This document shows positions 54,005 to 62,934 of a stretch of 64,000 nucleotides of DNA, in pieces. The DNA lies in NCBI GenBank assembly GCA_965238075.1, contig OZ250173.1, positions 1,760,001-1,824,000 on the forward strand, read 5' to 3'. Below the pieces are notes generated by a model. It searched no databases. It was not told the origin of the DNA and saw only the letters and a program-made list of their open reading frames with translations. The translations under genes were made by a program, and so were the position numbers. The DNA is from Candidatus Entotheonellaceae bacterium. GTDB lineage: Bacteria > Tectomicrobia > Entotheonellia > Entotheonellales > Entotheonellaceae. Every line of letters begins with the position of its first letter. The stretch's first letter is position 1.

Positions 54005-54805
54005 CTAATGCGGCTGTGCGAGCATGCCGAATCCCGCCATGAACAGCACCCCCAGAACGACGACCCCGAAGAACAGGGCCTTGCCGCGACGCCGTCTCTG
54101 GATGACCGGCAGCAGGTCGCTGGTGGCCACGTGGATGAACGTGCCGGCCGAAAAGCCGAGCAGGGCGCCCAGCAACCAATCGGACAGGCCGCTCAGAACC
54201 AGGGCGGCCAGCACGGTGCCCACCGGCACCATGGCGTTCACAATGGTGAGATACAGAAAGGCCGTGCCGTTCGGGTACTGATTGGCCTTCAGCGCCGAGG
54301 TCAGCGAAAAAGAAGCAGGCATGTGGTGGGAGATGAGAGCCACGAACACCAAGCCGCCCAAGGCGAAATCCTCGCCCCCCGTCACCGCCACACCAAGCGC
54401 GATACCGTCAATCAGGGTGTGCACGCCGAGGGCGATGAAGACACTCAGACCGCCCACCCGACGCGCCGTTTCGGTTGCCGCCTCGTGCGCGTGGCCGAGA
54501 TGCGACAAGGCAAAATGCGGCAGGATAAGGTTTTCGAGCATATACATGAGCAGAAAGCCCATCGTGACCGCCGCTGCCGCCACCATGCCAGCCTCCTCAT
54601 GGTCCCACGCCTCTTCGATGTGCTCCAAGCCCTCCGGCATCATCAGGAACAGCGCCGCAGCGAGCAGCGTGCCGCCGCCGAAGGCGACCATTAACGAAAG
54701 CTTGTCAAGGCCCCACTCCCTGTATAGCGGGATGTAGCCACCGATCATGCCGGCGACGAAAATGATGCCCGACAAGACCAGACCCACGGTGATGGTGGCT
54801 TCCAT
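54005..54805 (-). CDS. ZIP family metal transporter, copy 2
   Basis: Clear paralog of copy 1; HTLIDG, HHMP, SAGTFIHVATSDLLP. Confidence 0.9.
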   Translation of the reverse strand: MEATITVGLVLSGIIFVAGMIGGYIPLYREWGLDKLSLMVAFGGGTLLAAALFLMMPEGLEHIEEAWDHEEAGMVAAAAVTMGFLLMYMLENLILPHFALSHLGHAHEAATETARRVGGLSVFIALGVHTLIDGIALGVAVTGGEDFALGGLVFVALISHHMPASFSLTSALKANQYPNGTAFLYLTIVNAMVPVGTVLAALVLSGLSDWLLGALLGFSAGTFIHVATSDLLPVIQRRRRGKALFFGVVVLGVLFMAGFGMLAQPH

Positions 54806-54909
54806 GACAGTCTCCTACAACTTTGAGCCAAGGCGAGGATTTCAGGCAGGAACGGACCAGGGTGTGTGTGACGACGCGCACCCTATCACCGGGCGGACGA
54901 TACCACAAT

Positions 54910-55008
54910 GTCAAAATCACGAATTCACCACACCACAGCGTGCCCGCGGCGAATCCAGCCTTGGATACCGTTCTCAAGCTGGACGTGCAGCCAGGCACCG
55001 CGCCTTCC
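54910..55008. repeat. Direct repeat copy A (orphan batE 3' end)
   Basis: 54917-54981 is identical to 56745-56809 (65 bp), with degenerate extensions. Confidence 0.92.
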
Positions 55009-55106
55009 GATCCTGGATGAGCCTTCGACCGTCATGGCGCTGCGTCATCAAAGGAGGTGTGCAGACCTGGAGAGGCGTGAGTGGTCAGGGTCGGCACCGC
55101 TTGGCG

Positions 55107-55514
55107 TCAGAACAACCCACTGAGCGCCTCCTGGGGATCGACCGCACGGATGGGAGAGCGTTCGTAGTCCCTGACGTTCCGCGTGACGATGTGCCGAGCG
55201 CCGCAGGCACGGGCGGCAGCCACCTGCATAGCGTCCTCGAAGTCAGCCATCGGAAGCGCCGCGGCGTAACGGAGGGCCTCCGTATCGGTGATTGCCACCC
55301 CCACGAAGCGGGTCAATTCGACGATAAAATCGCGGGTGCTCACCCCGCCACGTGCTGGCGCTACGATGTAATAAAGATTCGATACGGAATGCCACGCGAT
55401 GCATGCGCTCTCAGCACCGTGCTCAATCCGATCGAGGAGCTCCGAGGCGGAGCTGGCGTGCGGACGCCTGTCGAGGGCGACGTCGATGAGCACATCGGTG
55501 TCCAGAAGTATCAT
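55107..55514 (-). CDS. PIN-domain (VapC-like) toxin
   Basis: ILLDTDVLID, DFEDAMQ, IVTRNVRDY. Confidence 0.88.
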   Translation of the reverse strand: MILLDTDVLIDVALDRRPHASSASELLDRIEHGAESACIAWHSVSNLYYIVAPARGGVSTRDFIVELTRFVGVAITDTEALRYAAALPMADFEDAMQVAAARACGARHIVTRNVRDYERSPIRAVDPQEALSGLF

Positions 55515-55738
55515 TGGAGATACTTCCTGGCCAGTGCGTCGTAACGCGGGTCGTCTTCACGCCCCGCCGCTCGAAACTTGCCCCGCCAGCGCGAGGAGAA
55601 GGACGGCGCATGCTCTCCGGCAACCTCCCTGAGGGACTGCTCGATGAGCGACGACAGGGACACGCCCTGGGAGCGGGCGTACCGCTTGGCGATCGGAAGC
55701 AGGTCGGCGTCCACAGTGATGGTGAGTTTTTGCTTCAT
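55511..55738 (-). CDS. Ribbon-helix-helix antitoxin (DUF6364-like)
   Basis: MKQKLTITVD..AKRYA..GVSLSSLIE, terminal LARKYL; ATGA overlap with the toxin. Confidence 0.85.
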   Translation of the reverse strand: MKQKLTITVDADLLPIAKRYARSQGVSLSSLIEQSLREVAGEHAPSFSSRWRGKFRAAGREDDPRYDALARKYLQ

Positions 55739-55781
55739 TGCGAGTTGTCCATCTCTAACTATGTATACCAATACTCAATCA

Positions 55782-55810
55782 GAGTATACGTATATTCAGA
55801 CGGCGTTCAA
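55782..55810 (-). promoter_or_regulatory. Sigma70-like promoter with overlapping palindromic operator for the TA pair
   Basis: TTGAAC-N16-TATACT on the minus strand; palindrome GAGTATACGTATATTC (14/16). Confidence 0.6.
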
Positions 55811-56088
55811 GGCATTGTGCGCAAGGGGATCGTTCGGCGTACGCTGCAGCACCATCATCACCAAACGCCCCGTGTTTCCTGCCCCTCCACATGTCCGCAT
55901 AGGTGGTACGATTTGTTTTGCAGAGATGGGGCCTTAGAGGGTGTTTGTGAATGCGGCGGCGGCTCACGACTTGCCACCCTGCAGGCTGTCTATGGCTATT
56001 TCTACCCATATTTAGCCCTAATTATCAGCTGCTCAAGCGGCTGACAACCGGCCAAAACGGACAATCGGGTAATTCACAAACACCCTCT

Positions 56089-56240
56089 GTCGGAATTCGT
56101 GGCCTTGCGCGTCGAAGACGTCAGCCTCGCCGAGCGCGCCCTTGTCCGAGGACGGCAAGGGCCGCAAACACCACGAAGTGCCGATGCGCCCGAACTGGCC
56201 CGTCTTCTGGCCCTGCATATAGGCCGCCGCAGATCCGGGG
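56089..56240 (+). pseudogene. Tyrosine recombinase internal fragment
   Basis: SEFVALRVEDVSL.. / DGKGRKHHEVPM / ELARLLALHIGRRRSG across frameshifts. Confidence 0.6.
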
Positions 56241-56379
56241 GGAGGTTGTCGGCGCCTTCGCGGCCGACTTGCTGGCGGCCCCACGTCGCGCCCTCACGTG
56301 AGCTGCTGGTGGATCAACTGAAGGTGGCGACCGGCGCGAAAAGCCTCGTTCACGACCCGCCGGGAGAACGTCGTTTCCA

Positions 56380-56597
56380 GGAACGGCGCACGCGGCCATG
56401 CGATCAAGGGCGTCCTGGATGGCATCCCGGTCGTTGTCCGTCAGCTTCCCGGCACTACGGCCCTCCAGGACATCGGCGGCAAATCCGGCGATCCTCTCCA
56501 GGTCGGACCATGCGTCATAACTTGTCGCTTCGTCGCGCTGCTCCAGGTATCCCGCACTGCCGCCGCAGTCCTCGGGCGGGCAGGCCCCGGAGCCGCA
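56380..56597 (-). pseudogene. pRiA4b ORF-3-like protein fragment
   Basis: GSGACPPEDCGGSAGYLEQ motif with no start codon (in-frame stop upstream). Confidence 0.65.
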
Positions 56598-56752
56598 TCA
56601 TCGGTCTGATGTCCAGCAGGCAAACCTTCAATTGAACAATGCTCGGGGGCATCTCCGATGGCCATACGGACCTTATGCCATCACCCGCACAGACCCGCAA
56701 TCGCCCCCACTCTTTGGTACTCCCGCCGGATTTCCCCGTCAAACTCACGAAT

Positions 56753-57556
56753 TCACCACACCACAGCGTGCCCGCGGCGAATCCAGCCTTGGATACCGTT
56801 CTCAAGCTGTGTGTGCAGCCAGGCGCCACGCGTTTCCAGAACCGTGAATTCCGTGCCGGGGTGCAGCGGCTGCGCCAACTGAAGCGCGTAACTGTCGCCG
56901 TTGCCTTTGCGCACGGTGGCTTCCCTCGCCACCACGACGCCGTATCGCCCCGGAGTGTTGCGGTGATGCACCAGCAGCGCGGAGGCCGTGAACAGCAGGC
57001 AGAGCAGGGCAGCGCCGGCAATCAGCCACACGACGCGAGCACGGCGCCGGAAAAGGCGGACAAAGGCGCCGGCCCACACCATCAGAAAAGCGAGGATGGC
57101 GAGCGTCGTCTGCGTGGACAGACGGAGATCGTCGTGCCAGAACAGCAGGGACGGCAGGACCGCCGACCGGTTGCCGGCCGCCACTTTGTCAACCCGCAGG
57201 CTGCGGGCGTGGTGCAGGTTGGCTTGCAGGCGCCGGTTGCCGGGTTCCAGGCGCAGGCCGCGGCGGTAGTGCGCAATGGCTCGGCCGAGGTCGTCGACAC
57301 GCAGGTAGGCGTTGCCGAGGTTGTAATGCAGCTTGGCGTTGCGCACCCCGGCGTCGATGAGGCGCTCATAGCCCTTGATCGCCTGCCGGTAATAACCCTC
57401 GGCCTGCCGGGGGTCGCGGCTGCTCAGGGCCTGCTCAAAAGCCCGGTTGGCTTGGGTAAGGAGGTCCAGTTGCTCCGGGTGGGTCAACGTCTGCGGCTGG
57501 GCAACCAGCAGAGCCGGCAGCAGCAACAGGGCCGCAAGGAGGGGCAGAGGACTCAC
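56753..57556 (-). CDS. batE: BatE-like TPR plus SH3-like protein
   Basis: HYNLGNAY..GRAIAHYRR TPR, TM pair, LHPGTEF..W..GWI SH3b. Confidence 0.8.
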   Translation of the reverse strand: MSPLPLLAALLLLPALLVAQPQTLTHPEQLDLLTQANRAFEQALSSRDPRQAEGYYRQAIKGYERLIDAGVRNAKLHYNLGNAYLRVDDLGRAIAHYRRGLRLEPGNRRLQANLHHARSLRVDKVAAGNRSAVLPSLLFWHDDLRLSTQTTLAILAFLMVWAGAFVRLFRRRARVVWLIAGAALLCLLFTASALLVHHRNTPGRYGVVVAREATVRKGNGDSYALQLAQPLHPGTEFTVLETRGAWLHTQLENGIQGWIRRGHAVVW

Positions 57557-59475
57557 GACGGCAGGCCGGCTTCCAGGCTGCGGATGAGCCGGTCGGCCTC
57601 CTCCGGCAATCCGCTCACCCGGTCCGCGTCTGGCTTCCCCGGCGCATAGCGGACGTCGTCGCAGAGGCGCAGCAGCGCCGCGGTGCGCTCGACAAGCTGC
57701 GGGTCCGCATCGCAGGCGTTGAGGCGCCGTGTGATGCCGTCCATCGTCAAACCGGCTGCCGGCAGTCGCCACCTGTCGCTGAAATAGCCGCTCAGGACGC
57801 GCTGCACCCCGGTGCAGAGATCGACCTCGGACAAGCCGCGGCGCCGCTTCATCAAGTCCTGCAACTCCTCCACGGCCCGCGCGCCGGCCTTGCGACGGCG
57901 GCGCGTATCGTCACGCGGGGTTCGCGTCCTCCATTGTCTCGCCAGTAGTACTGCCACGAAGGCCAGCAGCGGCACCCCCAGCAGCGCGCCGAGCAGCGGT
58001 GTCAACCGGATCCGTGCCGACTGCGACGTCAACATGTCCACACCCACGTAGTTGGCCAGCAGACCGCCGCCGAGTTGCGGACCGATGACGTTCGCCGCCC
58101 CGTTGCCAGGCGCGGCGATCACGTCCGATACCCGGAACGTGTTGGCCGCCTCGACCTGCAGGGGCACTGGCTCGCTCCACGCCACCTGATAGCGTCCGGC
58201 CTCCGTGTCGTAATAGGCCACCTCAAGCGGCGGCACGGCCCGCACGGCGGCGTGCCGCGGGCGCAGGGTGTAGGCGAATCGCTTGGCGCGCTCCAGGGTG
58301 CTCACCTCGTGCGGGTCGGGATGCACCTTGAAATCGCGCGTCAGGTCCGGCCGCTCGTGCAGGCGTAGCGGCTGAATGGTTTCCGGCAGGCCGTCGCCTT
58401 CCTGGTGCAGAACCACCGACAGGGTGAAGGGGTCGCCGACCTTCAGCGAGGTGGGCGAGGCATTCACCTCAGGCCGCAGCCGTCCGATGGCGCCGTTGAA
58501 GCTGTCGGGCCGCCCGGCCTCCGGCAGCGGTCGGATATCGACGCGCAGCGATGGGCTGCCGGCGACCACCTGCTCGGTGCGCTGCGCCCGGCCCTCGGCG
58601 TCGATCTCGACCGGCAGGAGGGCTTTCACAAATACCGCCGGGATGCTTTGCACCCCCGACCGCATCGGACGAAAGCGCTTCTGCAAACGATATGTGAAAT
58701 AGTCCCAGGTGCCGCTCGCAGTCGTGCGCCGCGAGTTCTGGCGCGGCAAGGTGAAGCGCAGCCTATCGGGCCGCAGCGCCGCCGCCTCGGTGTAGTCGTT
58801 AATGTAAAACCCGGCCCGCCGGCGCCCCAGCAGCGGACGCACGAAGGCGTCCAGGTCGGCCGTGCGCCAATCCTCGATGCCTTCAAACCAGGGAATTTGC
58901 AACTCCGGCGGGCGGTTGGGGAAGAACGGATCGATGTCCTGCACCGCGCCGTTGACGGCCAGCTTACGCAGCGACAAGTCGAGCGTCACGGTCACCGTTT
59001 CCCCCAATACGTAGCTCGGCTTGTCGGTGCTCACCTCGACCAACAACAGGTCCTGCTCCGTCGGTCGCCGCACCATCAATTGGAGGGCGTTGCTGTGATA
59101 AATCCGGCCGTCGTGCTTGACCCCCAGGGTGGGGATGGACAGCACCCCGGCGCGCTGCGGGCGCAGGATGTAGCGCGCCGTGTAGCCGAACGTTTCAACC
59201 TGCCGCGTCTGGCCGCTGACAATCGTATAGGTGACGTCGCTGAACGTCTGCCCACCCTCGAAGCTCACCGCCATGTCGGGATGCCGCACGTCCGGCGGCA
59301 CGGCTTGGCGAACCCCTTCGATGCGCACTTTCAGCTCGACGCTTTCGCCGAGAAAAATTTCGGACTCGGCGAGTTCAGCATGTACCGACACTGCCTCGGC
59401 AAGGGCTGCTTGCGGCACCACCGCGAGGCCAAGCAACAGCGCGCAGATCATCAGAATACGTCTCAGCGCCATCAT
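57553..59475 (-). CDS. batD: BatD-like protein
   Basis: Signal peptide, Ig-like repeats, P..F.GAIG, VGDP, YYD, late TM helix, RYAP. Confidence 0.82.
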   Translation of the reverse strand: MMALRRILMICALLLGLAVVPQAALAEAVSVHAELAESEIFLGESVELKVRIEGVRQAVPPDVRHPDMAVSFEGGQTFSDVTYTIVSGQTRQVETFGYTARYILRPQRAGVLSIPTLGVKHDGRIYHSNALQLMVRRPTEQDLLLVEVSTDKPSYVLGETVTVTLDLSLRKLAVNGAVQDIDPFFPNRPPELQIPWFEGIEDWRTADLDAFVRPLLGRRRAGFYINDYTEAAALRPDRLRFTLPRQNSRRTTASGTWDYFTYRLQKRFRPMRSGVQSIPAVFVKALLPVEIDAEGRAQRTEQVVAGSPSLRVDIRPLPEAGRPDSFNGAIGRLRPEVNASPTSLKVGDPFTLSVVLHQEGDGLPETIQPLRLHERPDLTRDFKVHPDPHEVSTLERAKRFAYTLRPRHAAVRAVPPLEVAYYDTEAGRYQVAWSEPVPLQVEAANTFRVSDVIAAPGNGAANVIGPQLGGGLLANYVGVDMLTSQSARIRLTPLLGALLGVPLLAFVAVLLARQWRTRTPRDDTRRRRKAGARAVEELQDLMKRRRGLSEVDLCTGVQRVLSGYFSDRWRLPAAGLTMDGITRRLNACDADPQLVERTAALLRLCDDVRYAPGKPDADRVSGLPEEADRLIRSLEAGLPS

Positions 59476-59478
59476 CCC

Positions 59479-60276
59479 TTACCAATCTCTGTCAACCGGT
59501 TCTCCCGGTCCACCGGTGCGTTGCCATTGCCGGCGCTGGCGGTCTGCCTCGCGAGCGCGTTCGCGGATGCTGCGCAACAAGCGAGCCGCCTCTTCCGGCT
59601 CCAAGGTCCGCGCTTCCTGCGGGGCCGCTTCAGGTCTGTCGGCGGCTGCAATGTCGCTGCCGCCTTGTGGCGGCGGCGCGCCGCCCGCCGGCGCCACGTT
59701 CTGCTGATCTGCGGGCGCATTCGCCTGCTGCGAGTCGGATGGCTGGCTCGGCTCCGACCGTGAGGCTTCGGCAGATTGCGGTTGCTGTTGTCGAAGCTGC
59801 CGCAGAAGCGTGTGCGCCAATTCCAGATTGTAACGAGTGTCCTGCTGCTGCGGATTCACCTCCAGGCTGTCGCGGTAATAGGTCATGGCAGATTGCAGGT
59901 GGGGAAGGGCTTCCTGAGCGTCCGGCAGCGCCTGCAACGCCCGCTGGTAGGCGACGTTGCCAAGGTTGTATTTTAACCGCCCCTCCAGGCCGGCCGGTCC
60001 CGGGGCGACAGTCGTCAGGGCGCGCGCGTAGTGTTCAACGGCAGCATCGAACCGCTGCTGCTTGAACAAAGCATTGCCGAGGTTGAAGTGAACCGCCGCG
60101 GCGTCGGGAAGGACTTCCGCCGCCGCATCATACTGCTGCTGCGCCTCGTCGAAGTTGCCCGCGTCGTATAGGACATTGCCTTGCCGAACGGCTTCGTCAG
60201 GCGACATTGCGCCCGCCGGCCCCGCCGCAAACAGCCCCAACAAGATAGAGCAGGTTCGGAGCAAATTGAGTCGCAT
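59479..60276 (-). CDS. batC: BatC-like TPR protein
   Basis: GNVLY, HFNLGNALF, YNLGN, RYNLE, Q-rich linker, terminal RDW. Confidence 0.82.
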   Translation of the reverse strand: MRLNLLRTCSILLGLFAAGPAGAMSPDEAVRQGNVLYDAGNFDEAQQQYDAAAEVLPDAAAVHFNLGNALFKQQRFDAAVEHYARALTTVAPGPAGLEGRLKYNLGNVAYQRALQALPDAQEALPHLQSAMTYYRDSLEVNPQQQDTRYNLELAHTLLRQLRQQQPQSAEASRSEPSQPSDSQQANAPADQQNVAPAGGAPPPQGGSDIAAADRPEAAPQEARTLEPEEAARLLRSIRERAREADRQRRQWQRTGGPGEPVDRDW

Positions 60277-60311
60277 CGGTAGACCTCGAACTGTAGAACT
60301 CCAGCACACCG

Positions 60312-60579
60312 TCACCGATACACGTCGCGCCGGTTGCCAATCCTCACCACGAAAACGCACACCGCGGCGTCTTCGATCCGGGCGATGACACGGTAATCGC
60401 CGATCCGATACTTCCAGAACTCGCCCAGCCTGGAGCCCCTCAGCGCCTCTCCGATGCTGCGCGGGTCGTCCAGTGCGGTAACGCGGTCGTACAGGAAAGT
60501 CAGGATGCGCCATGCCGTCTGTCGGTCGAGCTTGCTCAAGTCACGCACGGCGGTGCGGTCAATCTCGTTTCCAAGCCAT
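60312..60579 (-). pseudogene. RelE/ParE toxin with N-terminal frameshift
   Basis: ATG GCT TGG AAA CGA GAT TGA (MAWKRD*); shifted frame gives EIDRTAVRDLSKLD..DDPRSIG..WKYRIGDYR..GNRRDVYR. Confidence 0.75.
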
Positions 60580-60793
60580 AACGGGCCATCACGTCTTCAA
60601 GCGGCATGGTCTGAGATTTTCCGGCTCGCAGGTCAAGCAGCCGTTGCTCGGCGAGGTACAGGTCTTCCAAGTCAGCCAGATGCTCCCGAATGGCCTCGAT
60701 CATGTAGAAGGTCTTGGTGCGTCCGGTGCGCTCGGCCAACTGTTGCAGGCGTTGCGAGACATCATCGGGCAAACGCAGGGATACGGCGCCCAT
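60536..60793 (-). CDS. RHH/CopG-type antitoxin
   Basis: VSLRLP..RLQQLAERTGRTKTFY..EAI..LEDLYLA; upstream inverted repeat GAGATAC-AA-GTATTTC (60818-60833). Confidence 0.85.
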   Translation of the reverse strand: MGAVSLRLPDDVSQRLQQLAERTGRTKTFYMIEAIREHLADLEDLYLAEQRLLDLRAGKSQTMPLEDVMARYGLETRLTAPPCVT

Positions 60794-60850
60794 GGAGGAT
60801 TCTCCTGTGTGTTGGTTGAGATACAAGTATTTCGTAGGCGCTTGGGGAAT

Positions 60851-61012
60851 TCAAGTGCGTGATGTACTTCGACGGTCTCCATCCTGGAAGGTCCGGCAGC
60901 CAGGGAGAAGAAGGCATTTGTCACCTACCCAAAGACGACCATCGTCGTCACAGAAATTCTTCAGCAACATCATGGGATTGTAGTGATTTCGTTTCGGCTC
61001 ATTCGTAGCCAT
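60851..61012 (-). pseudogene. DUF4238-like N-terminal fragment
   Basis: KRNHYNPMMLLKNF..GRLWV; GGAGGAG RBS; truncated after about 32 codons. Confidence 0.55.
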
Positions 61013-61214
61013 CTGCCGTGCTCCTCCAGGAAGTGGGCAACCGACTCCGTGCACTGTCGTACCAGCCCGGTTGACCGGCTCCTTCGCCCCCGTACCGGTT
61101 TCGCCTTTATCACGTCTTGAGCGACGCGCGCATTCTTTCGCGGAGAACTAACCGGATGCCCGGTGCCCCAAGTTCGGAGGCGAAACGGCTACGGCCGCAG
61201 GCGGTGCACCACGG

Positions 61215-62456
61215 TCAATGCCCTGACACCTCCGGCACGGTGTCAAGCTGCCGCCGCACCTCGCCGGTGCCGACAAACTGCGACAGCAGCCGATAGTTCT
61301 TTCGCTCGTACCGAACCTGGCCGGCGATGATCGCCGGATGGACCTGCAGCGCACGGGCCAGGTTCATGACGGCCATAGGCGTCGGCCGCTTCCGTGCGGC
61401 GCTGGCTTCCCAAGCCAACCGGGGAACGAGTGCCTCTTGCGCCCACTCATCGGCCTGCGTTTCTTTCGGGTCTTCCCGCCTGCCTTCTATCCCGCGCAGC
61501 GTCTGGTCGTCGATAAAGGCGTCGCCCTCGTTGGTATCCAGGTGGCGGCCCACGTGGGCCAACTCGTGCAACAGACAGAACCAGAAGTTGTCGATCCGGT
61601 CATAGCGCAGGGTCAGCCCGATCACCGGGCGACCATCGCCGAGCCGGAGCGCTGCGCCGTCGAGATACGTCCTCGGCAGATACGGCGCGATTGCCAATGC
61701 GATGCCGTGCTTCGACAATAACTCCTTGGCTAGCCGCGGGCCGTCTTCAAACCCGCTGAGCCGCGCAACTTTCTTGAGGAAGCTTGGCGTAACGGTACCG
61801 GGTTCGTAGTCCGCCTCCGGCGGATTCTCGTTCCCCGTCGCCAGGACCTGCCAGCACCACGCCCTGAGAGCATAGGCGTCCATCTTGGCGTTCGTGCGCA
61901 TGTGGTCGTTCTTCCGGTACAGGGCGGCACGGGCGACATCCGGCCCGCCTGCCCGGTCGATCAGGCCGCGGATGAGCACCTCGGCATGCCCCGCCAGGTT
62001 GGGGACGGCCGGAATCCAGCCCAGCTTCGCCATCGCCTTGACCGGAAACCGGCGCCACTCGACGCCGGTCATCGGGTCGTCCAAGTCGACGTCCGACTCG
62101 CGCAGCAGCACGTCCGCCGGGATGCCAAGATGTTTGTGAAGCGCACGCGCCATCGGCATGGTGATCGCGCGCCTGCCGGAGAGCACCTCAGACACCTTCG
62201 CACGGCTGCCGATGAAGGGGATCAGGTCGCGTGGCCGCAAGTTCCCCTGCTCCATGCGGAACTCGATCGCAGCGAGTGGACTCGGGTAGCCCATCGGTTC
62301 TTGTCGACTCTCATAGAGTCCGACAAGATCGGCAAGGACGTCCAGTTCGTCGAACTCCGGGCTGCCGGGCGCTGCATCCATTAGTGCGTCGATCCGGGCC
62401 AACGCCTCTTCGTAATCCTTCTCGGTTCGAATTGGCTTGATCTTCGTATTGGCCAT
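61215..62456 (-). CDS. HigA-type HTH antitoxin fused to an ImmA/IrrE-like metallopeptidase
   Basis: KPIRTEKDYEEAL, VSEVLSGRRAIT..LHKHLGIP, RYDRIDNFWFCLLHELAH, E.QAD. Confidence 0.88.
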   Translation of the reverse strand: MANTKIKPIRTEKDYEEALARIDALMDAAPGSPEFDELDVLADLVGLYESRQEPMGYPSPLAAIEFRMEQGNLRPRDLIPFIGSRAKVSEVLSGRRAITMPMARALHKHLGIPADVLLRESDVDLDDPMTGVEWRRFPVKAMAKLGWIPAVPNLAGHAEVLIRGLIDRAGGPDVARAALYRKNDHMRTNAKMDAYALRAWCWQVLATGNENPPEADYEPGTVTPSFLKKVARLSGFEDGPRLAKELLSKHGIALAIAPYLPRTYLDGAALRLGDGRPVIGLTLRYDRIDNFWFCLLHELAHVGRHLDTNEGDAFIDDQTLRGIEGRREDPKETQADEWAQEALVPRLAWEASAARKRPTPMAVMNLARALQVHPAIIAGQVRYERKNYRLLSQFVGTGEVRRQLDTVPEVSGH

Positions 62457-62457
62457 C

Positions 62458-62749
62458 TCACACCTCCCCCGCATTCACGCGGTCATACTGAGCATGTGTT
62501 CCCACGAAGCGTACGTAAACGATCCGCGCTGGGTAATTGATCTTCACCACGAGCCGATAGGCATTGCCCCTGATGTTGAAGACCACCCGGTTGCCGACGA
62601 GGATACTGGCGTTGGGGTATTTCGCCTTGACCTTGGCTGGCCCATCAGTCCTCCTTCTCGACCTCCCGATACCAGGCGAATAGCGACTCCTCGACGTCCG
62701 CATGTCGTTCCCAGAATTCCCGAAACGGCTTCTTGCTGATGATTCGCAT
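62458..62749 (-). pseudogene. higB: HigB toxin, frameshifted at ~62646
   Basis: MRIISKKPFREFWERH..AWYREVEKED*; shifted frame gives GPAKVKAKYPNASI..RVVFNIRGNAYRL..FVGTHAQYD. Confidence 0.82.
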
Positions 62750-62934
62750 GACAATAATGGATCTGTTCCCATAATACGGTTAAGTATACTATTCCCAATT
62801 CATCCTCGTTGACTTACACTCTCAATAATTTCGTGTCGAGAGAAGAGGCCAAAAACACGTGTTTTCGGATAGGCGGCCGACAAACTCGAGAAGAAACCCC
62901 AGCCCGATTTTTCTTTTATACCCGCGTCGCCACG

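Noticed and set aside
55064..56503. 12-bp inverted repeat GACCTGGAGAGG/CCTCTCCAGGTC as transposon ends
   Set aside because: Short, one copy lies inside a coding fragment, and there is no transposase or target duplication.
60290..60310. AACTCCAGC shared with the batB 3' end as a repeat bounding the batB-batC islet
   Set aside because: Only about 10 of 12 bases match, which is compatible with chance.
62640..62650. In-frame TGA in higB as selenocysteine or read-through
   Set aside because: The downstream homology continues in a different frame, so this is an indel and not recoding.
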